A DNA stretch of 64,000 nt from Nanobdellota archaeon (GCA_049324275.1 JBMOLG010000001.1:47606-111605), one strand, 5' to 3'. Positions 19,836 through 29,707 are shown, counted from the stretch's first letter. Notes: generated from the letters alone by a model not told the origin. A program made the numbers and translations.

Positions 19836-20494
19836 TTATTTTCTATCCAACTCCAGAATTTATCCCGCCCAATGATAACGTGATCTAATACTTTTATATC
19901 TATTATTTGTCCTGCTTCAATTATCTTTTTTGTTATCTCGATGTCTTCTTCGCTTGGATGCGGATCTCCTGATGGATGATTATGAACAATGATTATTCTA
20001 GATGCCGAATTTTTTATTGCAGGCCTGAAAATTTCCCTTGGGTGGATGATTGTTGAATCAAGAATTCCTTTTGAAACTAAAAAATCATTCAAAATATTAT
20101 TTTTATTATTCAATAAAAGAACGATAAAATTTTCCTGTGTCTCACTTTTAAGTTTTTCATGGAATAAATTAAAAACATCTTCTGCATTTTTTATCTGTGT
20201 TATTTTCTTTTTCTTTTGATTATATCTTTTTCCCAACTCTGAAATTGCAAGAATTTGCATTGCTTTAATTTGTCCAATTCCTTTTATTGTTTGCAATTCT
20301 TTTAATGAACAATCAAATAATTTTTCCAATCCAAATTTATTTATTAATCGATTAGACATATCAATCACGTTTTCTTCAAATGTTCCTGTTCTTAGAATGA
20401 TTGCAAAAAGTTCGGCATCTGATAAAGCTGAAGGGCTTAATTTAAGAAATCTCTCACGCGGGCGATTTTCCTTAGATATTTCAGATATCTTCAT
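19832..20494 (-). CDS. radC: RadC-like JAB/MPN domain protein
   Basis: LSDAELFAIILRTG N-terminal motif and the JAMM motif HNHPSGDPHPSEEDIEIT. Confidence 0.8.
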   Translation of the reverse strand: MKISEISKENRPRERFLKLSPSALSDAELFAIILRTGTFEENVIDMSNRLINKFGLEKLFDCSLKELQTIKGIGQIKAMQILAISELGKRYNQKKKKITQIKNAEDVFNLFHEKLKSETQENFIVLLLNNKNNILNDFLVSKGILDSTIIHPREIFRPAIKNSASRIIIVHNHPSGDPHPSEEDIEITKKIIEAGQIIDIKVLDHVIIGRDKFWSWIENN

Positions 20495-20582
20495 TTAAAA
20501 TTTTAGCATTGAAAGATTTTATATTTATCTTATTATAAAAAAATAAAAACATTTATAATTTAATATTATTTTAAAATTAGAG

Positions 20583-21485
20583 GTGAAAATGTTTGACGTT
20601 ATAACTTTTGGTTCTGCAGTCATAGATATTTTTGTAGATACAGATGTCAGCGAGAAAAAAAATTTTATAAGTTATCCTGTTGGAAGCAAGATTTTAATTA
20701 AAGATTTAAAATTTGATATTGGTGGAGGAGGAACAAATACTGCTGTTGCCTTTGCAAGGTTGGGATTAAAAACAGGATATATTGGAAAACTTGGAAGAGA
20801 TGAAAATGCTTATGAAGTTTTAAGATTGCTAAAAAAAGAGCATATAAAATTTCTAGGAACACAAGAAGGAATTACAGGACATTCAATTATTCTTGACAGC
20901 AAAGGAGGGGAAAGGACAATTTTAACTTATAAAGGGGCAAATGATAATCTTGAATTAAAAGATATAAATCTTAAAAAAGTAAAGACTAAATGGTTATATT
21001 ATTCTTCTTTGCTGGAAAAAAGTTTTGAAGCTCAGAAAAGACTTGCTGAAATATTGACTAAAAAAAATGTAAAGTTAGCATTTAATCCTAGCGAATATTT
21101 AATCAAAGAAAAAAACTTGTCTTCTTTGCTGAAAATTACAGAAATTTTAATTTTGAATAAAGATGAAGCAAAATTATTAACAAAAGAAAATGATTTATTT
21201 TTAGGCTTGCAGAGATTAGGGCCAAAGATTATAGTAATAACAGATAAAGATAAGTTGATTGAGTCTTATGATTCTTATTCAAATAAAAAATATTTTTTAA
21301 AACCTCACAAGATTAAAGTGGTGGAAAGAACAGGGGCAGGAGATGCTTTTGCTTCGGGCTTTGTTGCAGGGCAAATCGTTGGAAAAACAATTCCTGAAAG
21401 TCTGGGGTTAGGATTAAAGGAAAGCGAATCTGTAATCAGATATTTTGGCGCTAAAAATAATTTGTTAAGGATAAGATTAAGATAG
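20583..21485 (+). CDS. PfkB-family carbohydrate kinase (ribokinase-like)
   Basis: GGGGTNTAVAFARLG N-terminal motif and the GAGDAF anion-hole motif. Confidence 0.8.
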   Translation: MKMFDVITFGSAVIDIFVDTDVSEKKNFISYPVGSKILIKDLKFDIGGGGTNTAVAFARLGLKTGYIGKLGRDENAYEVLRLLKKEHIKFLGTQEGITGHSIILDSKGGERTILTYKGANDNLELKDINLKKVKTKWLYYSSLLEKSFEAQKRLAEILTKKNVKLAFNPSEYLIKEKNLSSLLKITEILILNKDEAKLLTKENDLFLGLQRLGPKIIVITDKDKLIESYDSYSNKKYFLKPHKIKVVERTGAGDAFASGFVAGQIVGKTIPESLGLGLKESESVIRYFGAKNNLLRIRLR

Positions 21486-21490
21486 ATTTT

Positions 21491-22084
21491 TTACAGCCAC
21501 ATTTTGCTCATTTCAATTTTTTTAAATGAAATATTAATAGCATTTGAATATAAGTCAGATAATCTTTCCAGGATTTTTTTCCATTTAGACAAATCATCCA
21601 ATGAAGCATCTATGCCATCAAGATTATCAATAAACTTTTGGCCGTAATCTGAAAAACCCCTGCAATATTTGTATGTTTTGATGCGCAATTCTTCTTTTTG
21701 AATTTCTGATTCGAGCAAATGCTTAGATGATTTAAATCCCCGTTTCCATGCAACAGGATTCAGAACAATTTTAGAACATTTAAATGCCGCACTTACAATT
21801 TCCTGCGGGGCAATTTCAATTAACTTTTCCAAGGTGCGTTCCTGACGTGATATTTTTTCAAAATCAGAGTACAACATGAATAATTTTTCCCTTACCATTC
21901 CCAGATATTTTTCATGTGAAATTATTTGTCCAGAAATATATGTTGGATCTTCTTTTGCTCTTGCATAATTATATTCCAATGTAACATCCCTGGCTGAAAC
22001 AACAGCTTTATTAGTTACATCAAAATGTAACTGCACAGGTTCGCCTTCAAAATTTATTTCTAAATCCAGGAAAAATATTGCCAT
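21491..22084 (-). CDS. hypothetical protein
   Basis: 197-aa ORF. Confidence 0.35.
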   Translation of the reverse strand: MAIFFLDLEINFEGEPVQLHFDVTNKAVVSARDVTLEYNYARAKEDPTYISGQIISHEKYLGMVREKLFMLYSDFEKISRQERTLEKLIEIAPQEIVSAAFKCSKIVLNPVAWKRGFKSSKHLLESEIQKEELRIKTYKYCRGFSDYGQKFIDNLDGIDASLDDLSKWKKILERLSDLYSNAINISFKKIEMSKMWL

Positions 22085-22159
22085 AATAAAATCTTTCCTT
22101 AGCTTTTATAAATTTATATTTAATTAACAATAGAGGAAAAATATATAAAAATAGAATTT

Positions 22160-22794
22160 TTGCGAACAGAGATGGCTAATATAAAAATTGTTTCTGTTGA
22201 CTTTCAAAAAGATTTTACATCAGAAAAAGGACATTGGTATAAACCCCGGCCAAGCGTAAAATTTTTGAAAAATACATTTTTGCCATTTTTAGCTAAAAAT
22301 AACATTAAGGTTGCAGAAATAATTTCTGATTATCGCCCACCAAGACTTGGAGATCCTGGAAAGGGATGTTATCCGGTCAATTTGGATATGAATCTGAAAT
22401 TCCTAAAGAGATAAAAGGAAAAAACATTTGGGTAAAATGCATGAATTCACCAATATGGATAAGGAAAAATATTGGAAATCCGAATAAAAATCCCGGCATG
22501 CCTTATCAAGATCCCAAAAAATTTTCAAAATGGGCTAAAACAACAATAGGAAATCCTAAAGAAATTGATTTTATTGCCTTAATAGGATTAACACTTGACT
22601 GCTGTGTCTCATTTGCAGCACAAGAATTAACATGGAGAGGATATAAAGTTAAAATTTTAAAGCAAGCAACTGACACATTTATTTATTCGGGAATAAAGGA
22701 AAAAGAAATAATCTTATCGACAATAAAAGCAAATCATTGGGCAGATATTATTGAGTGGAAAGATCTTAAGAATCTATGCAAAAAAAATTTTTAA
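22160..22794 (+). pseudogene. isochorismatase-family cysteine hydrolase split by a frameshift near 22366-22414
   Basis: ORF 22160..22414 carries the N-terminal VDFQKDF block. ORF 22366..22794, in a different frame, carries KxxxSxF (WVKCMNSPIW) and the catalytic-Cys block IALIGLTLDCCVSF. The two overlap by about 50 nt. Confidence 0.5.
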
Positions 22795-22816
22795 AAGAAA
22801 GATTAGTAGATAAACG

Positions 22817-23413
22817 ATGAAAAAAGAATCTAACATTCTTATTGAATTAAAAGAACACATACCTTTTACAGCATTGGCAACATTTATTGCAATAGTTATA
22901 ACAGGCATTTTTTATTTTTCCAATAAAGAATCTATAAGCATTATAACTTCGTTATTCTATATTTTTCATCCGATGCATATATTTTTCTCATCTCTTGTTA
23001 CAACAGCTATATTCTACAAATACAAAAAAAATTTTTTCCCAGCAGTAATAGTCGGAATTTTAGGCTCAATTATAATTGGAAGTTTAAGTGATATTATTCT
23101 CCCATATTTAGGCGGAACTTTGTTAGGATTTAATACTGCATTTCATTTAGAAGCGATTGAAGAGCCAATTTTAATTTTTGGAGTCTCATTCATAGGATGT
23201 TTAACAGGAATTTTTATAAAAACAACTAAATTCCCCCATTCTATTCATGTATTTTTATCAGTATTTGCTACTTTATTCTATGTTCTTGCATTTAGCATTA
23301 ATCTAAACTTTTCATCAATCATAGTATTATTCTGCATTGTTTTTATAGCTGTCCTGCTTCCTTGCTGTTTTAGTGACATTGTTTTTCCCTTGCTATTTAT
23401 GAGAGAAAAATAA
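22817..23413 (+). CDS. hypothetical integral membrane protein
   Basis: 198 aa with about six hydrophobic helices. Confidence 0.45.
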   Translation: MKKESNILIELKEHIPFTALATFIAIVITGIFYFSNKESISIITSLFYIFHPMHIFFSSLVTTAIFYKYKKNFFPAVIVGILGSIIIGSLSDIILPYLGGTLLGFNTAFHLEAIEEPILIFGVSFIGCLTGIFIKTTKFPHSIHVFLSVFATLFYVLAFSINLNFSSIIVLFCIVFIAVLLPCCFSDIVFPLLFMREK

Positions 23414-23449
23414 ATTTATAAGCAGATGATTCTTTAATTTTGAAAAGAG

Positions 23450-24205
23450 ATGAAAATTCCAAATCTTAAAAAAATCACAACAAATGGAAGAGCGATATAC
23501 CTGGCATATGACCAGGGGCTTGAGCATGGGCCTGCAGATTTTAATGATAAAAATGTAAATCCATGTTATATCATTGATATTGCAAAAAAAGGACGATTTA
23601 ATGCTGTAATTTTTCAAAAAGGTATTGCTGAAAAGTATCATGAAGAAATAAGAAAATCAAAAGTTCCTTTGATTGTCAAATTAAATGGAAAAACAAATCT
23701 TGTAAAAGGAGAGCCCATATCGCGATTATTATGCACAGTCGAAGAAGCATTGAAGTTAGGCGCTTCAGGGATTGGATATACAATTTATATTGGAAGTGCT
23801 CATGAAGACGTGATGCTTGAAGAGTTTGAAATAATTCAAAAAAAAGCTCATGAAAAGAATCTTCCAGTTATAGTATGGATTTATCCACGAGGCAAATCTG
23901 TTGAAAAAAAATCTTCCAAAGATTTGATGGCTTATGCATGCAGAGTTGGGCTTGAGATTGGGGCAGATATAATAAAGATTCAATATAATGGAGATAAAAA
24001 AGATTTGGAATGGGCTATAAAAAATGCAGGCAAAACAAAGGTAGTAATCGCAGGGGGAATTAAAAAAGATTCAAATGATTTGTATAAGCAAATAAAAGAA
24101 ATTATGCAGACAGGAGCAATTGGCCTTGCGATTGGAAGAAATATTTGGCAGGCAAAAAACCCGTTGGAAATAAGCGAAAAAATTAGGGGGATAATCATGA
24201 AATGA
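23450..24205 (+). CDS. fba: class I fructose-bisphosphate aldolase, archaeal DhnA type (or paralogous ADH synthase)
   Basis: LAYDQGLEHGPADF N-terminal signature, Schiff-base Lys region IIKIQY, 251 aa. Adjacent to tpiA. Confidence 0.75.
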   Translation: MKIPNLKKITTNGRAIYLAYDQGLEHGPADFNDKNVNPCYIIDIAKKGRFNAVIFQKGIAEKYHEEIRKSKVPLIVKLNGKTNLVKGEPISRLLCTVEEALKLGASGIGYTIYIGSAHEDVMLEEFEIIQKKAHEKNLPVIVWIYPRGKSVEKKSSKDLMAYACRVGLEIGADIIKIQYNGDKKDLEWAIKNAGKTKVVIAGGIKKDSNDLYKQIKEIMQTGAIGLAIGRNIWQAKNPLEISEKIRGIIMK

Positions 24206-24831
24206 AACCTACAATAATTATAAATTTTAAAACATACAAACAGGGCACTGAAGTCTTAAGATGGGCAAAGATAATTGAAAAGATTAACAGAGACATAATT
24301 ATAGGCATACAAGCAACGGATCTCTTCCAAATGTCACATAATACAAAAATAAAAATTTATGCACAACATACTGATTACTTTGAACCTGGGAGAAATACAG
24401 GATTTATTTTGCCTGAATCTTTAAAAGCGAATGGTGCAGATGGGACTTTTTTGAATCATTCAGAGCATAGGTTAGATTTCAAAGTTTTAGAAAAGACAAT
24501 TGACAGATGCAAAAAAATAAAATTAAAGACAGCAGTTTTTGCAAAAAATCTAAACGAAGCAAAAAAAATTGAAAAACTGAAACCCGACTTGCTGATAATT
24601 GAACCACCGGAATTAATTGCAGGAAATGTTTCTGTTTCAGATTCAAGACCTGAATTAATCAAGAATATTGCTAAAAGTCTTAAAACAAATTTTTTAGTCG
24701 GGGCAGGAATACATTCAAATCAAGATTTAAAGGTCGCATTGAAGTTAGGCGCTTCAGGTATTGCTTTATCATCTGCGATTATGACTTCTAAAAATCCTGA
24801 AAAAATTTTAAAAGAGTTAATTTACGGATGA
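24202..24831 (+). CDS. tpiA: triosephosphate isomerase (archaeal type)
   Basis: IINFKTY, NHSEHR (catalytic His), IIEPPELI (catalytic Glu), GAGI. 209 aa, typical of short archaeal TIM. Confidence 0.85.
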   Translation: MKPTIIINFKTYKQGTEVLRWAKIIEKINRDIIIGIQATDLFQMSHNTKIKIYAQHTDYFEPGRNTGFILPESLKANGADGTFLNHSEHRLDFKVLEKTIDRCKKIKLKTAVFAKNLNEAKKIEKLKPDLLIIEPPELIAGNVSVSDSRPELIKNIAKSLKTNFLVGAGIHSNQDLKVALKLGASGIALSSAIMTSKNPEKILKELIYG

Positions 24832-24936
24832 TTGTTTTACACAAAAGTTGTGATTACTTTATAATAGTCGTTGGTTTAAATATATATTTAAAAATGTAAA
24901 ATTCCATAAAATTATTCAAAATTCAGGGAAAGAAAT

Positions 24937-25263
24937 ATGCATGAAATATTGTTTGCTCAGGAATTGTTAAATCAGATTGAAAATAAAGATAATGTTCAGA
25001 GCATTGAATTGGAAGTGGGAGAATTAGCTGAGATCACAGCAGAAGAACTTAGAAATGTAATAGAAGATTTAATGGGTTGGGAGGTAATTGTTGAAAATGT
25101 TTTGGCAAATGTTGAATGCGGTTGCTGTGGATTTACTGGAAGGCCAAAGATTACAGAAAGAAATCAGGATTTTGTGATTTATGAATGTCCGCAATGCAAG
25201 GGGCTACCTCGAGCAAAAGCCGGAAAAGAGATAATTATTAAGAAGATTATTTATTTTGATTAA
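24937..25263 (+). CDS. hypA: hydrogenase nickel-insertion protein HypA
   Basis: Starts MHE. 108 aa. C-x2-C...C-x2-C zinc site (ECGCCGF...ECPQCKG). Confidence 0.6.
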   Translation: MHEILFAQELLNQIENKDNVQSIELEVGELAEITAEELRNVIEDLMGWEVIVENVLANVECGCCGFTGRPKITERNQDFVIYECPQCKGLPRAKAGKEIIIKKIIYFD

Positions 25264-25330
25264 ACCTATTAATAGTTTAATTTTTCAAAATTTACAATAA
25301 ATATTTATAAGAAAAAATAAGAATAAATAT

Positions 25331-25990
25331 ATGTGCTTAACTTTACCAGGGAAGATTATAGAGATAAACCAAGAAATTACAATAGACTATGGGGATGAAA
25401 AAAGAAAAGCAGAAACAAGCGTTGTTGATATTAGTATAGGGGATTATGTTATTGTTAAGGAAGGCATCATAATTGGAAAAGTTGATAAGCAAAGAGCGCA
25501 AGAATTTATAAAAATGTTAGAAAAAAAGATTTGGACTTATGAGGAAGTTTTGTTTAGATTTAGTATTTCATGCTTAGAAGATAGATATAATTCAGGAAGA
25601 ATGGATAAACAAAGATTTGAAAAAATTGTGGAATATGCACAAAAAAGTGAAATCCCCCCAATCGATTTAATCAAAGAATTTATACAAAATGCCATAAAAA
25701 AAATTCATCCAAAAACTCCTGAAGCAGTTGAAGATTATTTCTTAAAAGAACACAATAATTTAATTGACCGGCGTGAGGAGGAATATGCAAATTGCCCTGA
25801 AGAAATTTGCGAGATATGCAAGGCAAAAAAAGGAATTGTCAAAGAAATCCTTGATAGAAACTTACCTACGTATTTGATTGAATGTGAAGATGGTTCACTA
25901 GACTATACTGTGCATAAATATTTTCCAGAACAAATAAAAGTTGGAGATAAAATTATAAGCCACAATAAAATTTTTGTGAAAAAATTATGA
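25331..25990 (+). CDS. hypC: HypC-like hydrogenase maturation protein with a second HypC-like C-terminal domain
   Basis: Starts MCLTLPGKIIEI (Cys2 motif). The first ~70 aa form a full HypC. The C-terminal domain repeats the pattern (CEICKAKKGIVKEI...VGDKIISHNKIF). Confidence 0.55.
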   Translation: MCLTLPGKIIEINQEITIDYGDEKRKAETSVVDISIGDYVIVKEGIIIGKVDKQRAQEFIKMLEKKIWTYEEVLFRFSISCLEDRYNSGRMDKQRFEKIVEYAQKSEIPPIDLIKEFIQNAIKKIHPKTPEAVEDYFLKEHNNLIDRREEEYANCPEEICEICKAKKGIVKEILDRNLPTYLIECEDGSLDYTVHKYFPEQIKVGDKIISHNKIFVKKL

Positions 25991-26346
25991 AAATATTATG
26001 CCTCGGCAATGAATTTATCGAACAGGATTCTTCAGCAAAAAAAATCGGAGAAGAATTAGCAGATTTAGGCTATGAAGTTATACTTATTCAGGATAGCTTT
26101 GAATTGATTTTACATTTAAAAGAGAAAGATATAATCATACTTGATGTTGCTGAAAATTTAAATCACGTTCAGGAATTAAAAATAGACGAATTAAAAGATA
26201 ATCCAACTTTAACGGCACATGATTTTGATGCACAATTCATTTTAAAATTATTGAATGCGGATGTGAGAATTGTCGGCGTCCCTTGTGGGTGTAATACAAA
26301 TGAGGCCATCAAAGAAATTAATTATTTGTTGAAAGTCTTTCTCTAA
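25987..26346 (+). CDS. hycI: hydrogenase maturation endopeptidase (HycI/HyaD-like)
   Basis: ILCLGNEFIEQD (GN-x-D metal ligand region), IILDVAEN, and TAHDFDAQFILKLL (H ligand). Confidence 0.5.
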   Translation: MKILCLGNEFIEQDSSAKKIGEELADLGYEVILIQDSFELILHLKEKDIIILDVAENLNHVQELKIDELKDNPTLTAHDFDAQFILKLLNADVRIVGVPCGCNTNEAIKEINYLLKVFL

Positions 26347-26688
26347 ATTCATAAATTTGGTAAATTCAATTCTTTTTGGAGAATCTTCCATATTATGCAT
26401 TTCCATGATTTTCTTTCCTAATCTTCCCACTTTTTCCAAATCCCCAGCACAGGAATAAGGATAAACTGCTCTTGAAAAAAATTTTTCAGCTAATGAGTAA
26501 AATCCAATTGATGCACATTTCTGGGCAAATGATTCGATTAATTCTCCTGCCTCTAAAAAATGGTTTGATTCTTTTAAGACTTCTTGTGCAATAAAAGGGA
26601 TTTCACATTTTCTAAAAAACTCCGATAGCTTTGCAGCATAGGTTAAATATTGAGGATCAGGGTCTTCATTATAAATCGGAATTCCCAT
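26248..26688 (-). CDS. hypothetical protein (doubtful; 99-nt convergent overlap with hycI)
   Basis: 146-aa ORF with no motif. Its 3' end overlaps 26248-26346 of the + strand gene. Confidence 0.25.
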   Translation of the reverse strand: MGIPIYNEDPDPQYLTYAAKLSEFFRKCEIPFIAQEVLKESNHFLEAGELIESFAQKCASIGFYSLAEKFFSRAVYPYSCAGDLEKVGRLGKKIMEMHNMEDSPKRIEFTKFMNLEKDFQQIINFFDGLICITPTRDADNSHIRIQ

Positions 26689-26739
26689 AATATACTGAAG
26701 AATTCTGATTTTTTAAAGGTTTTTAGTATAAAAAAATAA

Positions 26740-27255
26740 TCAAAATGAGATTTCTAAAATCATCAATTCTTCAAAAAAAATTTTTTTTGTTGCAAGAATC
26801 TTGGGCTTGAATTTTTTTATTTGAGTAAATGGAGTTTGAGAGGATATCAACAAGAAAATTTTTCCTTCTTTTTTCAAAAAGTGTTTTGCTTGAATTAGGA
26901 ATTTTAACGAAGTTTCATCTCCATTTTTACCCCCTGAAGTATCTTTTTGCTTGTCAAATCTGTGTTCTGGAAGATAAGGAGGATTAAAAGTTATTATATC
27001 AAATTTTTTTTGTGGAAGTTCTGAAAACAGGTCCGATTTAATCACATCAAATCCTTTGTTCTTCACATAATCAACAGATTCTTCATCAATGTCTACAGCT
27101 AATATCTTCTTGATTCCAGAATCACGGGCAATTTCGGACAAGATTCCAGAGCCAGTCCCCATATCTAAATAATTAATATTTTTGTCTGATAATCGAATAA
27201 AATAATTTTTAAGGAAATTTGCAAAAAACAAAGAATCTTCCCCTGGAAAATACAT
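26740..27255 (-). CDS. HemK/Mtq2-like methyltransferase (NPPY motif)
   Basis: DMGTGSGIL (motif I) and ITFNPPYL (motif IV), characteristic of N5-glutamine/N6-adenine MTases. Confidence 0.7.
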   Translation of the reverse strand: MYFPGEDSLFFANFLKNYFIRLSDKNINYLDMGTGSGILSEIARDSGIKKILAVDIDEESVDYVKNKGFDVIKSDLFSELPQKKFDIITFNPPYLPEHRFDKQKDTSGGKNGDETSLKFLIQAKHFLKKEGKIFLLISSQTPFTQIKKFKPKILATKKIFFEELMILEISF

Positions 27256-27256
27256 T

Positions 27257-27559
27257 TTAAAATAAACCTATTAATTTATCCCAATAAAGCCAGACGAGGC
27301 CTGCAGAAATCAAGATTAATGCAAGAATTAAAATTATTATGATATATTTAAGTTTTTTTGCAGACTTTTTAGGAGGTTGTGCGGCAATTGGCAAGGGGGG
27401 AAAATTTTTTTGGTTAGTTTCTGGCTCAGCTTGGCTTGGCTTAACAGATAATAAAGCTTTTTCAATATCCTGCGCATTATATCCTGCATTAATAAAACTC
27501 TGTTTTATTCTTTCAAGATTATTATCGTGTTCAAGTGCAATTTTAATCCCGCCAATCAA
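27257..27559 (-). CDS. small membrane-anchored protein (C-terminal TM helix, Pro/Lys-rich linker)
   Basis: 100 aa with C-terminal YIIIILILALILISAGLVWLYW. Confidence 0.4.
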   Translation of the reverse strand: MIGGIKIALEHDNNLERIKQSFINAGYNAQDIEKALLSVKPSQAEPETNQKNFPPLPIAAQPPKKSAKKLKYIIIILILALILISAGLVWLYWDKLIGLF

Positions 27560-27606
27560 ATCATCAATATTAGAATTATTTGCTTTTCCGGAATTTGCCG
27601 AAATAT

Positions 27607-28938
27607 CTATAATTTTAAAACCTCCCCATCCTCAATCAAATGACATTGTTTACCTAATTTATATCCTAATTCCGATGCAAGTTCTGCCATTGGCTGTGTT
27701 TTATCCAATCCCCCATGAGCTGGAATTATATGCTGAGGTGAAAGCAGATTAATCATATCCCTCAAGTCTTCTCTGCCAGCATGACCTGAAACATGAACAT
27801 CACGAAATATCCTGGCTTTTCTTTTTTTTAAGCGATTTTCCATTTTTTCAAAATTGGCTATATTAACATCTGTCGGAATTACACTTGAAGAAAATATTAC
27901 ATTGTCACCATGATTTACTCTTAATGGCAATTGATTTTTTGAAATCCTTTCCAATATGGAGCCTGGCTCTCCCTGATGGCCTGTGCAGACAACAAGATAT
28001 TTACTTCTATTTTTCTCAACATTCTTCAAAATTTTTTCAACCTGCCTTCGATATTTAAACATCTTTACCCCGTCTAAAAATGGAGCCAAATTAGATTCTC
28101 TCGCTGCAGTTACATATTTATCTAAACTTCTCCCTAAGAATATAACTTCACGGTCTAATTTTTTTCCAAACTCAACAACACTTTTAAGACGCGCAATATG
28201 GGAAGAGAATGTGGTCACAATTATCCCAGAATTTTTATTTTGAATATTAAGCAAAGATTCTTCAAGCAGGGCACGCGCGATTTTTTCAGAGGGAGTTTTT
28301 CTATCTGTGCCAGAGTATAAGGAATCTACAATAAAAGCATATACTCCTTCTTTTGCGATTTCCATTAACTTACTATAATTTGGCTTTAAACCTACAATAG
28401 GATTATTGTCTAATTTGAAATCATTTGCATATAAAACAACGCCTTTATTCGTATGAATTGCTACCAAACAAGTCTGCAACGTTGAATGCGTCATATTGAT
28501 AAAATCAACTTTATACTTTTTTTCCTTCCCTTTAATGAAAAAAGAATTGTTTGGTGGAATTTGTTTGATGTTGTTTTTTAAGTTAAGGTCGTTGTCTTTC
28601 AGTAGAGAATTCAAAACTGAAAGTGTGAATGGAGCACCATAAATAGGGGCATTATATTTATCTGATATAAATGGAACTGCACCAATGTGGTCAAGGTGAG
28701 CATGTCCAATGAACTGTGCCCGAACTTTATTCCTTATATCATTTATAACTGAATCTTCAGGAATTGCCTGAATAGATTTTAATTTTTTTTCGTTATAGTG
28801 GACTTTCTCTTTTTCCTCTAACTGAACTATGGGCGGAAGATGAAATCCTTCATCAAAAATAAATGCATCATCTCCAGTTTCCAATGCAACCATATTTTTA
28901 CCGACTTCACTAAAACCGCCAATTGTATGAATTTTCAT
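27607..28938 (-). CDS. rnj: ribonuclease J (archaeal type; metallo-beta-lactamase/beta-CASP)
   Basis: IGHAHLDHIGAVPF (HxHxDH), later DSLYSG, and HVSGHA at the C-terminus. 443 aa. Confidence 0.8.
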   Translation of the reverse strand: MKIHTIGGFSEVGKNMVALETGDDAFIFDEGFHLPPIVQLEEKEKVHYNEKKLKSIQAIPEDSVINDIRNKVRAQFIGHAHLDHIGAVPFISDKYNAPIYGAPFTLSVLNSLLKDNDLNLKNNIKQIPPNNSFFIKGKEKKYKVDFINMTHSTLQTCLVAIHTNKGVVLYANDFKLDNNPIVGLKPNYSKLMEIAKEGVYAFIVDSLYSGTDRKTPSEKIARALLEESLLNIQNKNSGIIVTTFSSHIARLKSVVEFGKKLDREVIFLGRSLDKYVTAARESNLAPFLDGVKMFKYRRQVEKILKNVEKNRSKYLVVCTGHQGEPGSILERISKNQLPLRVNHGDNVIFSSSVIPTDVNIANFEKMENRLKKRKARIFRDVHVSGHAGREDLRDMINLLSPQHIIPAHGGLDKTQPMAELASELGYKLGKQCHLIEDGEVLKL

Positions 28939-29026
28939 ATTTTTCTTTTATGTATTATTATTTATATATTTTTAAATTTGTTCAATTTCAATATATCATT
29001 TAGAATTTAAATTTTTTAATCAAAGA

Positions 29027-29210
29027 AATCAATGGCCCTGAGGGTCCTAAAAAATCTTCGATTTTTGGGAACTTCAATTATTACAAATTGAAGTGATTTG
29101 AACCTACAACCTCCAGCGGGTTCTAGGAGTCCAGCAACCAAAACACAACCTCCAGCGGGTTCTAGGAGTCCAGCAGCCTAAGAAAAAATCCAATGGCCCT
29201 GAGGGGATTT
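29027..29210. repeat. three direct copies of the tRNA-Lys 3'-end/trailer sequence plus a two-unit tandem repeat of period 39 nt
   Basis: aatccaatggccctgaggggattt at 29187-29210 is identical to 29308-29331 inside the tRNA. A degenerate copy sits at 29027-29044. 31-nt units acaacctccagcgggttctaggagtccagca at 29106-29136 and 29145-29175. Confidence 0.8.
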
Positions 29211-29314
29211 TACTCACAATTTGCATTTCAAATAATGTTAATAAGATAGTTTTTCAAAGCGAATTGCTCGCCCCCGACTAGAACTTATTTGAATTAATGT
29301 GGGTTCAAATCCAA

Positions 29315-29389
29315 TGGCCCTGAGGGGATTTGAACCCCCGACACCCAGGTTAAGAGCCTGGTGCTCTAACCGAGCTGAGCTACAGAGCC
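29315..29389 (-). tRNA. tRNA-Lys (anticodon CUU)
   Basis: Reverse complement folds as acceptor GGCTCTG/CAGGGCC, D-arm GCTC...GAGC, anticodon stem CCAGG/CCTGG with loop CTCTTAA, T-arm GGGGG-TTCAAAT-CCCCT, discriminator A. Confidence 0.85.
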
Positions 29390-29479
29390 TCATTAAAAAT
29401 TAAAAGTGTTTAGTTTAAAAAACTTAGGTATGAAATGATTAATAATAAATTTTAAAAATCTAAAAAACGCAAAAATAAA

Positions 29480-29707
29480 ATGGAAAATTTAGAACAAATT
29501 GAACAAAATGCATTAAATCTATTAGATTTTAAACTTGAAGGTAACGTGAAGGCCTTATCTCATATGTCTGCTGAAAGTTTTGAATTAGCTTTAGATTTTT
29601 TGTTAGGTAAAAAATATTTAATTCAAAGAGGACAAACAGCTAAATCCTTAAGGTATGAAATAACTCTTGAGGAAGTAGATTATCATTCAAGAAATTTTAA
29701 ACAATAG
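29480..29707 (+). CDS. hypothetical small protein
   Basis: 75-aa ORF upstream of rps19e. Confidence 0.35.
   Translation: MENLEQIEQNALNLLDFKLEGNVKALSHMSAESFELALDFLLGKKYLIQRGQTAKSLRYEITLEEVDYHSRNFKQ

Noticed and set aside
29106-29175. Possible CRISPR-like array next to tRNA-Lys
   Set aside because: Two units only, with an 8-nt spacer (too short), embedded in tRNA-derived sequence.
29215-29315. A second, plus-strand tRNA ending at GGGTTCAAATCC (29301-29312)
   Set aside because: No D-arm, anticodon arm or acceptor pairing could be built. Interpreted as an inverted repeat of the tRNA-Lys T-loop.
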